Shown here in pieces: positions 53,380 through 62,341 of a stretch of DNA of 64,000 nucleotides. Every line of letters begins with the position of its first letter. The first letter of the stretch is position 1. The notes beneath the pieces were generated by a model. It did not search any database. It saw only the letters and a program-made list of their open reading frames with translations, and had not been told where the DNA came from. The position numbers and the translations under genes are program-made. Source of the DNA: Candidatus Woesearchaeota archaeon (lineage in GTDB: Archaea > Nanobdellota > Nanobdellia > Pacearchaeales > GW2011-AR1); contig CAYOYN010000003.1 in NCBI GenBank assembly GCA_964408235.1, positions 20,295 through 84,294 on the forward strand, written 5' to 3'.

Positions 53380-54634
53380 TTTGACTCAGACGTTTTAGTT
53401 TATTGTAGTAAATTGTGTGTAATATAAATATGCCCATTAAATTTGAGATTACTGCTGAATAAATTACTCCAACATAACCTACATATTTTAAAAAAAGTAA
53501 GCTTAAGCCAAAATTAAAGATACCTACAAAAATATTAAGAATGGCCATTAAACTTGCATAACCTGTTGAAACAATTACTCCAGAATTTATGGTTGCACAA
53601 TAAAATTGTAAAAAGTAAATGAAAATAACAGGCAATAATAATTTAAGCAAAATATCATTATAATATTCATTAAAGAAAAAAAAGATTATTTTAGGGATTA
53701 AAAAATATGATGTGGCTGATAAGATTATCGCTGAAAAGGCAAATATGACTGAATATTTCCTCAGTTTTTTCATCACCTTAGAATATTCTTCTTTGACGTA
53801 TAATTCAGTTATTTTAGGAGATATTACAGTTCCTAAGATAACAAATGGAAATAATAATAATGCAAAGATCTTATCTAATAATTCGTAAACCGCTATTTCA
53901 TTAATATATCCGTAATGTCCTAGTAAGAGTATGCTTATTCTAGAGAATAAGAAATAACCAACTGTAGCAACTCCAAAATAAAAGCTATATTTTCCGATTT
54001 CATGCATTACTTTTTTGTTTGTTTTGAAATTGAAATCTCTATAACCTACTCCCAACCCCACAAACAAGATCAAATAGAATAAATTTTGAGAAATCAATGC
54101 GCCAATTAATCCATATTTATTTATTAAAAAATAAACTAAAACTATAGAAATTAATCCAATTATAGATGAGATTATTGCAAGTTGCTTAAATTTCTTCAAA
54201 CCCCTATAAATCCCATCATAAAGAGAAGTCATTGGCGCTAGAAAAACTAAAGGTAATAGATAAAGAACGTAGAGATATTTTTCTTTAAGGTATAAGGGTC
54301 CAATTAATAGAGTCAAAATTGTGATTATTATGGTTATTCCAAAAATAATTATTCCTGAATTAAATAAAACAGATTTTAATTTTTCTTTATCCTTTAGATT
54401 ATATTCTGCAACATACTTTGAAGTAGCAGTGGAGATACCAAAGTCTCCAAACATTATTAGAAAGAAAATTATTGCAAGTACATAGTTATAGATTCCAAAT
54501 TCGTAGGGAGCTAGAAGCTTTGCACATAAAATAAATATTAGGAAAGTTATCCCTTGTTTTCCGAATATTTGGATACTTCTCCAAATAAAGTTGTTAATTG
54601 TCTCTTTATGTTGAAGATATTTATTTTTTAACAT
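53366..54634 (-). CDS. Wzx-like oligosaccharide flippase (MOP superfamily polysaccharide biosynthesis protein)
   Basis: 422 aa with about 12 TM segments. The N-terminal pattern ...GKQGITFLIFILCAKLLAPYEFGIY is typical of Wzx/RfbX proteins. Confidence 0.7.
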   Translation of the reverse strand: MLKNKYLQHKETINNFIWRSIQIFGKQGITFLIFILCAKLLAPYEFGIYNYVLAIIFFLIMFGDFGISTATSKYVAEYNLKDKEKLKSVLFNSGIIIFGITIIITILTLLIGPLYLKEKYLYVLYLLPLVFLAPMTSLYDGIYRGLKKFKQLAIISSIIGLISIVLVYFLINKYGLIGALISQNLFYLILFVGLGVGYRDFNFKTNKKVMHEIGKYSFYFGVATVGYFLFSRISILLLGHYGYINEIAVYELLDKIFALLLFPFVILGTVISPKITELYVKEEYSKVMKKLRKYSVIFAFSAIILSATSYFLIPKIIFFFFNEYYNDILLKLLLPVIFIYFLQFYCATINSGVIVSTGYASLMAILNIFVGIFNFGLSLLFLKYVGYVGVIYSAVISNLMGIFILHTIYYNKLKRLSQNEKS

Positions 54635-55664
54635 TTTTTAGAATTTCTTGATAGGCATTAAGATATTTAGGCATTTGTTTTTCTTCGGTAAATTTCCAGA
54701 TATCTTTTAAATTATTTTTAGAAATTCTTTCTATTTCCTTAGGATTGTTTTTGAGAAAAGAGATTATTTTTTTCATTTTTTCTATATCTCCAGGAGGAAA
54801 AAGATAACCATTTCTCCCTTCTTTGACTATTTCGCTCATTCCAGGAATATCTGAAACTAATATAACTAATCCTCTGGCCATTGCTTCTAAAATAACCATT
54901 GGAAATGCTTCAGTATATGACGGCAAAATAAGCATTGAATTTTTATCATATTCTTTAAAAATTTTTGAATTATCCATCTTTCCAAGGTTAATCATATTTT
55001 GTAATTTCGAATTGTAAGAGTTATCCCCAATTAAATGGAATTTAAAATCCGGTAAAGTTGATGCGACTTGTATTAAATCTTCAAATCCTTTTATTTGCGT
55101 GTATCTTCCGACAAAAAGAATCCCCTTGTTGAAATTTAATTTATTTTTAATAATATATTTTTTATCAATGAAATTATTTATTACTGCTGATTTTTTTTCA
55201 AAAGATTTTTTTAAAATAGAATATTTTTTTATATGTTTTTTTTGACCAAACGTTAGAAAGATTAACTTTTTAGAAAAAAGACATATATAGTTTACTATTA
55301 AAAAAATTAGCAGATTCTCAAATATACTTTTTTTGATCCCCGAACCAAAACTTTGGTGAAATGAATAAATAGTTTTTTTTCCGAAAAATACTAATGGTGA
55401 AAATAAAACCCAAGTTTTTGCATGGTGGATATGAATTAAGTTATAATTCTTAAGCAATTTTATTTTTGAGAAAAGTTCTACAAATAGTATCTCTCCTTTA
55501 AAGGATAATGTAAGCAATAAGGCTTTTTTCAGTTTTTTATAGATATTAAATCCTTCTTTTGAAAAAAATAAAACCTTTTGTTCATAAGGGATTTTTTTAA
55601 ATATTTTACTTGAAATATTATCTAAACCTCCATTCATGCCCTTAGTTATATGTAAAACTTTCAT
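54621..55664 (-). CDS. Family 4 (GT-B) glycosyltransferase
   Basis: C-terminal EAFPMVILEAMARGLVILVSDIPG (E-x7-E region). Confidence 0.8.
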   Translation of the reverse strand: MKVLHITKGMNGGLDNISSKIFKKIPYEQKVLFFSKEGFNIYKKLKKALLLTLSFKGEILFVELFSKIKLLKNYNLIHIHHAKTWVLFSPLVFFGKKTIYSFHQSFGSGIKKSIFENLLIFLIVNYICLFSKKLIFLTFGQKKHIKKYSILKKSFEKKSAVINNFIDKKYIIKNKLNFNKGILFVGRYTQIKGFEDLIQVASTLPDFKFHLIGDNSYNSKLQNMINLGKMDNSKIFKEYDKNSMLILPSYTEAFPMVILEAMARGLVILVSDIPGMSEIVKEGRNGYLFPPGDIEKMKKIISFLKNNPKEIERISKNNLKDIWKFTEEKQMPKYLNAYQEILKNVKK

Positions 55665-56761
55665 ATTAGTTTAAGATACTCCCTTGCTATTTCTTTTATA
55701 TCAAACTTTTTAATATTTGATTTAAGTGTTTTTTTACGATAGATTAAGTTTTTTATTTTGTTTGAAGCTGAATTTACATCTCCGTATTTTACTAAAAATT
55801 CTTTTTGAACTATGTCTACTTGACCACCATTGTTTGTTGCGATTATCGGTAAACCTACTTGCATTGCCTCTTGCAAAACTATTCCAAAACCTTCATGAAC
55901 TGATGAAAGAAAGAATAGATCTGAATTTGAAAGATACTGAAATTTCTTTTCGTTTGAAAGTTGCCCCAAAAAATGAATTCTTTTTTTTACCCCTAAGTCT
56001 TTTGCTAAATTTTCTAAATTAGACTTTTCAGGACCATCCCCTATAACTAAAAGATCTATATTTTCTGGAAGCTTTACTAATGTCTCTATTGCAAAATCAA
56101 TACCTTTTCTTTTTACTAATCTTCCTACTGAAATAATATATTTTTTATTTTTTGAAAGGTTCAAACTGGATTTTGAAACCTTTTTGAAATTAAAGGGCTC
56201 ATAGGCTAAATGAATTATTCCAATAGGCTTGCTTGGAGAATAGTATTTTATTGCATTATCTTTTGTATTTGAGGATTGAGCTATAACTATATCTGAATTG
56301 TTTAGAACTTTTCTTACTGCCCTTCTTAAAATGAAATTTTTATGAGGAGATAGGTTTTTTGTGGGATCATATATGTCTCCTCCGTGTATTGAAAGAATAT
56401 TTTTTATATTGTATTCCTTGGCGATCTTTGTTCCTAATGGACCGGTTGGAATTGCAAAATGAGTATTTATCAAATCATAATTATTTTTTTCAATTAATTT
56501 CTTAGATAACTTGTAAGCTATTCTTGGAAAAAATAACATCGAAATTATTGAAGCTGTTTGTAATTTATTTCTTCCTGGAACTCTTACTCTGTAGATATTT
56601 ATTCCGTCTTTTTTCTCAAATTCTTTGAGACCAGAGAACCAAGTAGTAACCACGTCTACATCATGGCCATTTCTTACAAAACCTTTTGCTAGTTTATATG
56701 AAGCTACTCCCCCTCCTCCACCTAATGGAGGGAATTCATAATTAAGCATTAAAATACGCAT
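55661..56761 (-). CDS. Family 4 (GT-B) glycosyltransferase
   Basis: N-terminal PPLGGGGGVA and C-terminal EGFGIVLQEAMQVGLPIIATNNGG. Confidence 0.85.
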   Translation of the reverse strand: MRILMLNYEFPPLGGGGGVASYKLAKGFVRNGHDVDVVTTWFSGLKEFEKKDGINIYRVRVPGRNKLQTASIISMLFFPRIAYKLSKKLIEKNNYDLINTHFAIPTGPLGTKIAKEYNIKNILSIHGGDIYDPTKNLSPHKNFILRRAVRKVLNNSDIVIAQSSNTKDNAIKYYSPSKPIGIIHLAYEPFNFKKVSKSSLNLSKNKKYIISVGRLVKRKGIDFAIETLVKLPENIDLLVIGDGPEKSNLENLAKDLGVKKRIHFLGQLSNEKKFQYLSNSDLFFLSSVHEGFGIVLQEAMQVGLPIIATNNGGQVDIVQKEFLVKYGDVNSASNKIKNLIYRKKTLKSNIKKFDIKEIAREYLKLI

Positions 56762-56762
56762 C

Positions 56763-57695
56763 TTACTTTTTAATTAAATCCCTTAAGTAATAACGCTTTT
56801 CGACTGGAGATGTATTTAGATTAGTTCTTATTGTTAGATCCATCAGGATTCCAAAACAGAAGAACATTACACCCATTATTGCAAGGAAGAAACCTAGGAA
56901 GAACCATCCGCTTCTGTTTAATGATAAACCTTGTGCTATTTTTTGATATATGGACCAAGATATTGGTAATATACCTGCAAAGAAAGACAGAAGACCTAGG
57001 CCTCCGAACATATGAAGAGGTCTGTTTGAATATTTGTTTAGGAACCAGATGTAAATTAAGTCAATGAAGCCTTTGTACGCTTTCTTATAATTGTATTTTG
57101 TCTTTCCTTGAGTTCTAGGACGATGATTAACTACTGCTTCTCCTATTGTGAAACCTTTCCACTTTAATAATGCTAGAATGTATCTATGCATTTCTCCCCA
57201 AAGATCTAGGGATTTGGCTGCTTCTTTACGGTATACTCTTAATGTGCAACCTGTATCATGAACTTCATCTTTTATTATTAGTCTGCGGAATAACCTTCCT
57301 ATTTTTGTTAGAATCTTTATTCCTGATTTGTCCTTTCTCTTTTTTCTCCAACCTGCTACAACGTCAAGATTATCTTTTTCTAATTTTTCTAAAAGAAGAG
57401 GAATGTCTTTAGGATCGTTTTGAAGATCTCCATCCAAAGAAATAACTATGTCTCCCTGAGCTGCTTTGAAACCAGCATCTAATGCTATGGATTGACCATA
57501 ATTACGATTTAGATTTACTATCGTAATATTCTTTAGTTTTTTTAATTCGTTTAGGGAGTTATCTTTGCTTCCGTCATTAACGTAAATAATTTCGTAAGAA
57601 CCTAACTTGTCCATTACTTGCCGGATTTCTAAATCTAATTGTTTTATGTTACCTTCTTCTTCGTATAAAGGGACGACAACTGAATATTTCATCAA
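56763..57695 (-). CDS. Polyprenyl/dolichyl-phosphate glycosyltransferase (GT2, DPM1/GtrB/ArnC-like) with C-terminal TMs
   Basis: YSVVVPLYEEEGNI...IIYVNDGSKDNS...LDGDLQNDP, plus two C-terminal TM segments. Confidence 0.85.
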   Translation of the reverse strand: MMKYSVVVPLYEEEGNIKQLDLEIRQVMDKLGSYEIIYVNDGSKDNSLNELKKLKNITIVNLNRNYGQSIALDAGFKAAQGDIVISLDGDLQNDPKDIPLLLEKLEKDNLDVVAGWRKKRKDKSGIKILTKIGRLFRRLIIKDEVHDTGCTLRVYRKEAAKSLDLWGEMHRYILALLKWKGFTIGEAVVNHRPRTQGKTKYNYKKAYKGFIDLIYIWFLNKYSNRPLHMFGGLGLLSFFAGILPISWSIYQKIAQGLSLNRSGWFFLGFFLAIMGVMFFCFGILMDLTIRTNLNTSPVEKRYYLRDLIKK

Positions 57696-57843
57696 AGCTT
57701 TCTACAATTACCTTTTTTATAGCTTACTCTTCATAAACCATATACTTTTAGCTACAAATCTTTATAAACCAAAAATTGCAAGGTTTGTGATGCAAAAATT
57801 AAGTGATTATAAAATGCCTGAATTAATCTCTAGAAAAGGAAAG

Positions 57844-58743
57844 ATGAATAAGGTATTAAGTGGAGTTGTTACAGCTTTTGTTATTGGATTACTTGTTTTC
57901 TTAGGACCTGTTAATGCTTTACAACTTAGCATAAACGGATTAGATAGTGATAACCCTTACATTGCTGGAGAAATAATAAACTTCAGTGGAACTTTTGTAA
58001 TTGAAGACCAAGACATTCCTGAAATAAAGAACATAAGTCTTGAAATCAATGGATTTGAAGCTTGTACAATAGATATTTGGGGATGGAAATACACTGATTG
58101 TGATGGCGTTAATATTACATTAATGGAATATGATACAAGTTATGGATATGGATATGGTTACAATCAATTTGTAGAAGAAGGTAATGGATCATATGCTGGA
58201 TATGGATACAGTTATGGATATCACTTAGGAAAGAACAGACCTGGAAGAATATCTTACAACATCTCTATAGATACATCTAATGCTTACATTGGTTCAGAAA
58301 AAGAAGGTATTGTGAGCCCATATTTGTGGTTTGGAGGAAAGAACAAGATTAAATTCATAGTTAATACTGCTCAACAAGAACTTGAATCTGCAGAGCACAA
58401 TGTATGGCTTAACCCTGCAGTTGAAAAGGGAGATGGTAATTTTGAGTTCTATTATCCTGACTTAGATCTTACTCTTGCAGGAACATACAATAGTGCTGCA
58501 AAAACATTTGAAGGATATTTGACTGGAGGAACAGACAAGACATACTACTTTGTAGGTGTTGGAGAATATGATCCAATAGATTCAGATTCCGGAACTATGA
58601 CTTTAAGATTGTACGATAATACAATAAATAACGACATAGGAATATTCTGGTATGGAAATTACTCTGATGGAACATGGTACTTGTCTCCTCATCCAAGCAT
58701 GGAAGCATATGTTCAAGGTAAAGTAATAGCTGCTCCTCAGTAA
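57844..58743 (+). CDS. Secreted Tyr/Gly-repeat protein
   Basis: Signal MNKVLSGVVTAFVIGLLVFLGPVNA|L and SYGYGYGYNQ...YAGYGYSYGYH repeats. The upstream part of ORF 57607.. overlaps the GT2 gene and is discarded. ATG 57790 is an alternative start. Confidence 0.6.
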   Translation: MNKVLSGVVTAFVIGLLVFLGPVNALQLSINGLDSDNPYIAGEIINFSGTFVIEDQDIPEIKNISLEINGFEACTIDIWGWKYTDCDGVNITLMEYDTSYGYGYGYNQFVEEGNGSYAGYGYSYGYHLGKNRPGRISYNISIDTSNAYIGSEKEGIVSPYLWFGGKNKIKFIVNTAQQELESAEHNVWLNPAVEKGDGNFEFYYPDLDLTLAGTYNSAAKTFEGYLTGGTDKTYYFVGVGEYDPIDSDSGTMTLRLYDNTINNDIGIFWYGNYSDGTWYLSPHPSMEAYVQGKVIAAPQ

Positions 58744-58969
58744 TTTTTAGATTATTTTAAATAAGATTAGAAGTTTTTCTCAATTATAATAAAGATTCAA
58801 TACTAAGTAATTTATAAGAAAAAGAAATAAAATATCTATACTCTAGAATATATTTGAATTTGTTAAGAAAAAAACACAATATTTAAAAAGGGAAGAAATG
58901 TCTGAATATTGAAATTACAAACGAACAAAGGAATTATTACAATTATCTTTTGTTGTGTGGAAATTACAA

Positions 58970-59704
58970 ATGGAAAAATTTGAAAGATTTAACGAAAAAA
59001 ATAACGAAGAAAACTATGAAGAGTTTTCTGGTGTTGCAGAACCTACTTCTAGAACTGTTGTAGTTCCTGGAGAAGTTGTAGCATCTGGCGACGATTTTCT
59101 AGCTGGAGAAGGCGCACGTAAAGAAGGAACTAATGTTGTTGCATCTCGTTACGGATTAGCTGAAAAAGTTGGACGCGTTGTTAAAATCATCCCATTCTCT
59201 GGAGCTTTCATACCAAGACGCAATAATGTTGTTATTGGAAGAGTAAACGATATTGTTCACTCTGGATGGATTGTGGACATTGATTATGCTCAAAATGGAT
59301 TCTTACCTTTAATGGAGTCACCAAGATTTGTAAACAAAAATGAAATGGATCAATTCTTAGCTATTGGAGACGTTGTTGCTGCTAAAGTTTGGAACGTTAG
59401 TCCTAAAGGAATAGATTTAGCTATGAAAGGTAAAGGATTAGGAAAATTAGAAGGTGGATTTGTTTTCCGTGTTAACCCTTCCAGAGTTCCAAGAATTATA
59501 GGTAGAGAAGGTAGCATGATCGGATTAATAAAGGCAAATACTGGTTGTAACGTTACTATTGGTCAAAACGGTTGGGTTTGGATCAAGGGAAACGATATGG
59601 ATTCAGAACTTAGAGCTAGACGCGCTATAGAGTTTATTGCTGAAAAAGTATTAGTTTCAGGATTGACTGAAAAAATGGAAAAATGGTTTGGAGAGAACAA
59701 ATAA
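58970..59704 (+). CDS. rrp4: Exosome complex RNA-binding subunit Rrp4 (S1 + KH)
   Basis: VVPGEVV...GRV..I, S1 domain (VIGRVNDIVHSGWIVDI), KH GxxG (IIGREGSMI). First ATG is at 58970. Confidence 0.85.
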   Translation: MEKFERFNEKNNEENYEEFSGVAEPTSRTVVVPGEVVASGDDFLAGEGARKEGTNVVASRYGLAEKVGRVVKIIPFSGAFIPRRNNVVIGRVNDIVHSGWIVDIDYAQNGFLPLMESPRFVNKNEMDQFLAIGDVVAAKVWNVSPKGIDLAMKGKGLGKLEGGFVFRVNPSRVPRIIGREGSMIGLIKANTGCNVTIGQNGWVWIKGNDMDSELRARRAIEFIAEKVLVSGLTEKMEKWFGENK

Positions 59705-59705
59705 T

Positions 59706-59927
59706 ATGGAAACAAAAACAACATTAATAGAGAGATTGTCTGCACATACAGCTAATTTGGGATTGGGAGTTGCAGCTTTTGGCTTTGTTGAGCACAATGT
59801 AGCTACACTATATTCAGATCAAGTTAGAGAAACACCATATTTAGCTTTAGCAGGACTTACCTTAATTGCCTCTGCAATGGTTGGTGGATTAATTGGATCA
59901 TCAAGAAATGGAGGAAATTATAATTAA
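59706..59927 (+). CDS. Small membrane protein (73 aa) between rrp4 and rrp41
   Basis: METKTTLIERLSAHTANLGLGVAAFGFVE...YLALAGLTLIASAMVGGLIG has two hydrophobic segments. It fills the rrp4-rrp41 gap exactly, from 2 nt after the rrp4 stop to 1 nt before the rrp41 ATG. Confidence 0.4.
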   Translation: METKTTLIERLSAHTANLGLGVAAFGFVEHNVATLYSDQVRETPYLALAGLTLIASAMVGGLIGSSRNGGNYN

Positions 59928-59928
59928 A

Positions 59929-60627
59929 ATGGCATACAAGAGAGAAGACGGAAGAAAAGCAGACGAACCTAGACCAATGAGTGCTAAAATTGGAATTGTT
60001 CCTAACGCGGACGGAAGCGCTATGTTTTCATTTGGAAATACTGTAGCTATCGCTGCAGTTTATGGCCCTAGATTATTACACCCTCAACACATGCAAGATC
60101 CTAAGACTGCTATTTTAAGAGTAAATTATGATATGCTTAGTTTCTCTGTTGCAGATAGAAAGAAACCTGGACCAAATAGACGTGCTCAGGAAATATCTAA
60201 GGTTACTGAATGGGCTTTGTCTCCAGCTTTAGAATTGAGAGATTTCCCTAATACAGTTATTGACGTACAGATTTACATATTGCAAGCTGATGCTTCCACA
60301 AGAGTAGCTGGAATAAATGCTGCGAGTATGGCTTTAGCACAAGCTGGAATACCTATGAAAGATTTAGTTTGCGCAGTTTCAATTGGTAAGATGGACAAAG
60401 ATATAGTTGTAGACGTTGACAAGAATGAAGAAGACTTCAAAGATGGAGAAGGAGCTACTGATATTGCTTTGGCTCGTTTTGCTAATGCTGATAAAATAAC
60501 TTTGATGCAATTAGACGGTAAGATTCAACCTGAGATTATGCACAAGGCTGTTGAAGCTGCTGAAAAAGCATTTGCTAAGATTTATGAAGTTCAAAAGAAA
60601 GCACTAAAAGAGGTACAATCAGAATGA
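59929..60627 (+). CDS. rrp41: Exosome catalytic subunit Rrp41 (RNase PH fold)
   Basis: REDGRKADEPRPM..., GSAMFSFGNT and DASTRVAGINAASMALA patterns. Start taken at MAYKREDGR. Confidence 0.9.
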   Translation: MAYKREDGRKADEPRPMSAKIGIVPNADGSAMFSFGNTVAIAAVYGPRLLHPQHMQDPKTAILRVNYDMLSFSVADRKKPGPNRRAQEISKVTEWALSPALELRDFPNTVIDVQIYILQADASTRVAGINAASMALAQAGIPMKDLVCAVSIGKMDKDIVVDVDKNEEDFKDGEGATDIALARFANADKITLMQLDGKIQPEIMHKAVEAAEKAFAKIYEVQKKALKEVQSE

Positions 60628-61445
60628 GCGCAATGAACTTGTCAAATTTGACATATGATACTTTGAACAAAATGCTTGCACAAGGCAAGCGCTTTGATGG
60701 AAGAAAACTACTAGAGCAAAGAGACTTTACTGTTGAATATGATGTTTCTAACAAGGCTGAAGGAAGCGCTCGTGTAAGAATGGGCAAAACTGATGTTGTT
60801 GTTGGAGTAAAGTTTGAAGTTGGAACTCCTTATCCTGATTCTATGGACCAAGGAAATTTGATGGTTTCAGGAGACTTGTTACCATTAGCTTCACCAAGAT
60901 TTGAATCTGGACCTCCAAAATTCAATGCTATAGAATTACCTAGATTGATTGATAGAATGGTAAGAGAAAGCCACGTTATTGATTTAAAGAAACTGGTAAT
61001 AACTGAAGGAGAGAAAGTATGGACAGTTATAATTGATATTTATCCAATTAATGATGATGGGGCTTTAATTGATGCTGCAAGTATTGCTACTATGGCTGCA
61101 TTGATGCACTCTAAATTACCTGAATTAGGAGAAGATGGAAGAATTGATAGAGATGTTAAACCTACAAAGAAACTTGTATTGACTGAAGGAACTTTACCAC
61201 TTTCAATAACTTTCTACAAATTAGGAGACTCCATATTTGTTGACCCTACTCGTGAAGAAGAAGAAGCTTGTGACGGTAAAATAGTATTTGGATTATCTCT
61301 TTACCATGGAAAAGAACACATGATACACTCTGCTCAAAAGGGTATGGAAGCTCACTTTACACGTGAAGACATAGAAATGATCATGAAAAACTTGCCAAAG
61401 GTGTATGACGATACACTTAAAAAGCTTAAAAAGTTTCTGAAATAA
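60624..61445 (+). CDS. rrp42: Exosome subunit Rrp42 (RNase PH fold)
   Basis: KRFDGRKLLEQRDF..., GSARVRMGKTDV, DDGALIDAASIATMAAL. ATGA overlap with rrp41. Confidence 0.9.
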   Translation: MSAMNLSNLTYDTLNKMLAQGKRFDGRKLLEQRDFTVEYDVSNKAEGSARVRMGKTDVVVGVKFEVGTPYPDSMDQGNLMVSGDLLPLASPRFESGPPKFNAIELPRLIDRMVRESHVIDLKKLVITEGEKVWTVIIDIYPINDDGALIDAASIATMAALMHSKLPELGEDGRIDRDVKPTKKLVLTEGTLPLSITFYKLGDSIFVDPTREEEEACDGKIVFGLSLYHGKEHMIHSAQKGMEAHFTREDIEMIMKNLPKVYDDTLKKLKKFLK

Positions 61446-61448
61446 TCA

Positions 61449-61835
61449 ATGAACACACAAAATCACGAGTTTACAAGATTTGAAATTGCAAGAATACTAG
61501 GAGCTCGTGCTTTACAAATTTCTATGGATGCACCTTTATTGATTAGCTTAACAGACAAGGAATTGAATGAAATGCATTTTGATGCTCTTAAAATTGCTGC
61601 AAAGGAATTTTATTCTGGAGTTTTACCAATTTCAGTAAGAAGACCTATGCCTACTAAGACTGGAGCTAAACTACAACCTGTTAGAGAAGAATCCATGGAT
61701 GATGAAAAGATAGTTGAAAAAGAAAAAGAAGTTGAAAAAGAAATTGTTGAAAAAGCTGAGGAAATGGGTTTTGTTAATGAAGGCGACAGCGAAGATTCTA
61801 TAATGGAAGATTCTTCTTCTGGAAGCGAAGAATAA
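61449..61835 (+). CDS. rpoK: RNA polymerase subunit K / Rpo6 (omega/Rpb6 homolog) with acidic C-terminal extension
   Basis: FTRFEIARILGARALQISMDAPLL core, followed by about 55 aa of E/D/K-rich tail with VEKE repeats. Confidence 0.8.
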   Translation: MNTQNHEFTRFEIARILGARALQISMDAPLLISLTDKELNEMHFDALKIAAKEFYSGVLPISVRRPMPTKTGAKLQPVREESMDDEKIVEKEKEVEKEIVEKAEEMGFVNEGDSEDSIMEDSSSGSEE

Positions 61836-61862
61836 TTTTTCTAAATTTTCTTAATTTTTATA

Positions 61863-62300
61863 ATGACTAAACAACAAAGAGAATTTGCTATCAAAACTAT
61901 TGAAGGTTTGAGAAGAATTAATGGTCCGACCTTAGTTGATTTAGGAACTATTCTTGCTATGCCTCATAGAGATTTACAGGCATATTTAGAAGATGAGGTT
62001 CGTAGGCCCTTAGACAAAAAACTAAGAAATGCATCAAGGGAAGGGTATGGAGCTATATCTTACTTAATTTATTCTGCTTATGATAGGGATAAAGAGCTCG
62101 TAAATCTTTCTTATGAATCGCTAGAGCCTATTTCTCAGGAAGGCTTACCTAGAAAAATAGAATTTGCGCTTAGGGAAACTGAAAGGAAACATATTGTAAA
62201 ACCTAAGCCAATTGAACTAATGCTTTATGTTAAGGCGATAGACTCAGAGCCATTTGTATTTAGTGATGAACTTTTATCTAGAGAATTCTCTTTAGTTTAA
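61863..62300 (+). CDS. Hypothetical protein (145 aa)
   Basis: ORF between rpoK and the enolase-like gene. No motif recognised. Confidence 0.5.
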   Translation: MTKQQREFAIKTIEGLRRINGPTLVDLGTILAMPHRDLQAYLEDEVRRPLDKKLRNASREGYGAISYLIYSAYDRDKELVNLSYESLEPISQEGLPRKIEFALRETERKHIVKPKPIELMLYVKAIDSEPFVFSDELLSREFSLV

Positions 62301-62341
62301 AATTGATTATGTTTTAATAGGTTTATTACTTTGATCTATTG

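Noticed and set aside
57607-57843. N-terminal 79 residues of track ORF 57607..58743.
   Set aside because: They overlap the 5' end of the GT2 gene on the other strand and its promoter region. A good Sec signal peptide begins at ATG 57844 (alternative 57790), so the extension is treated as spurious.
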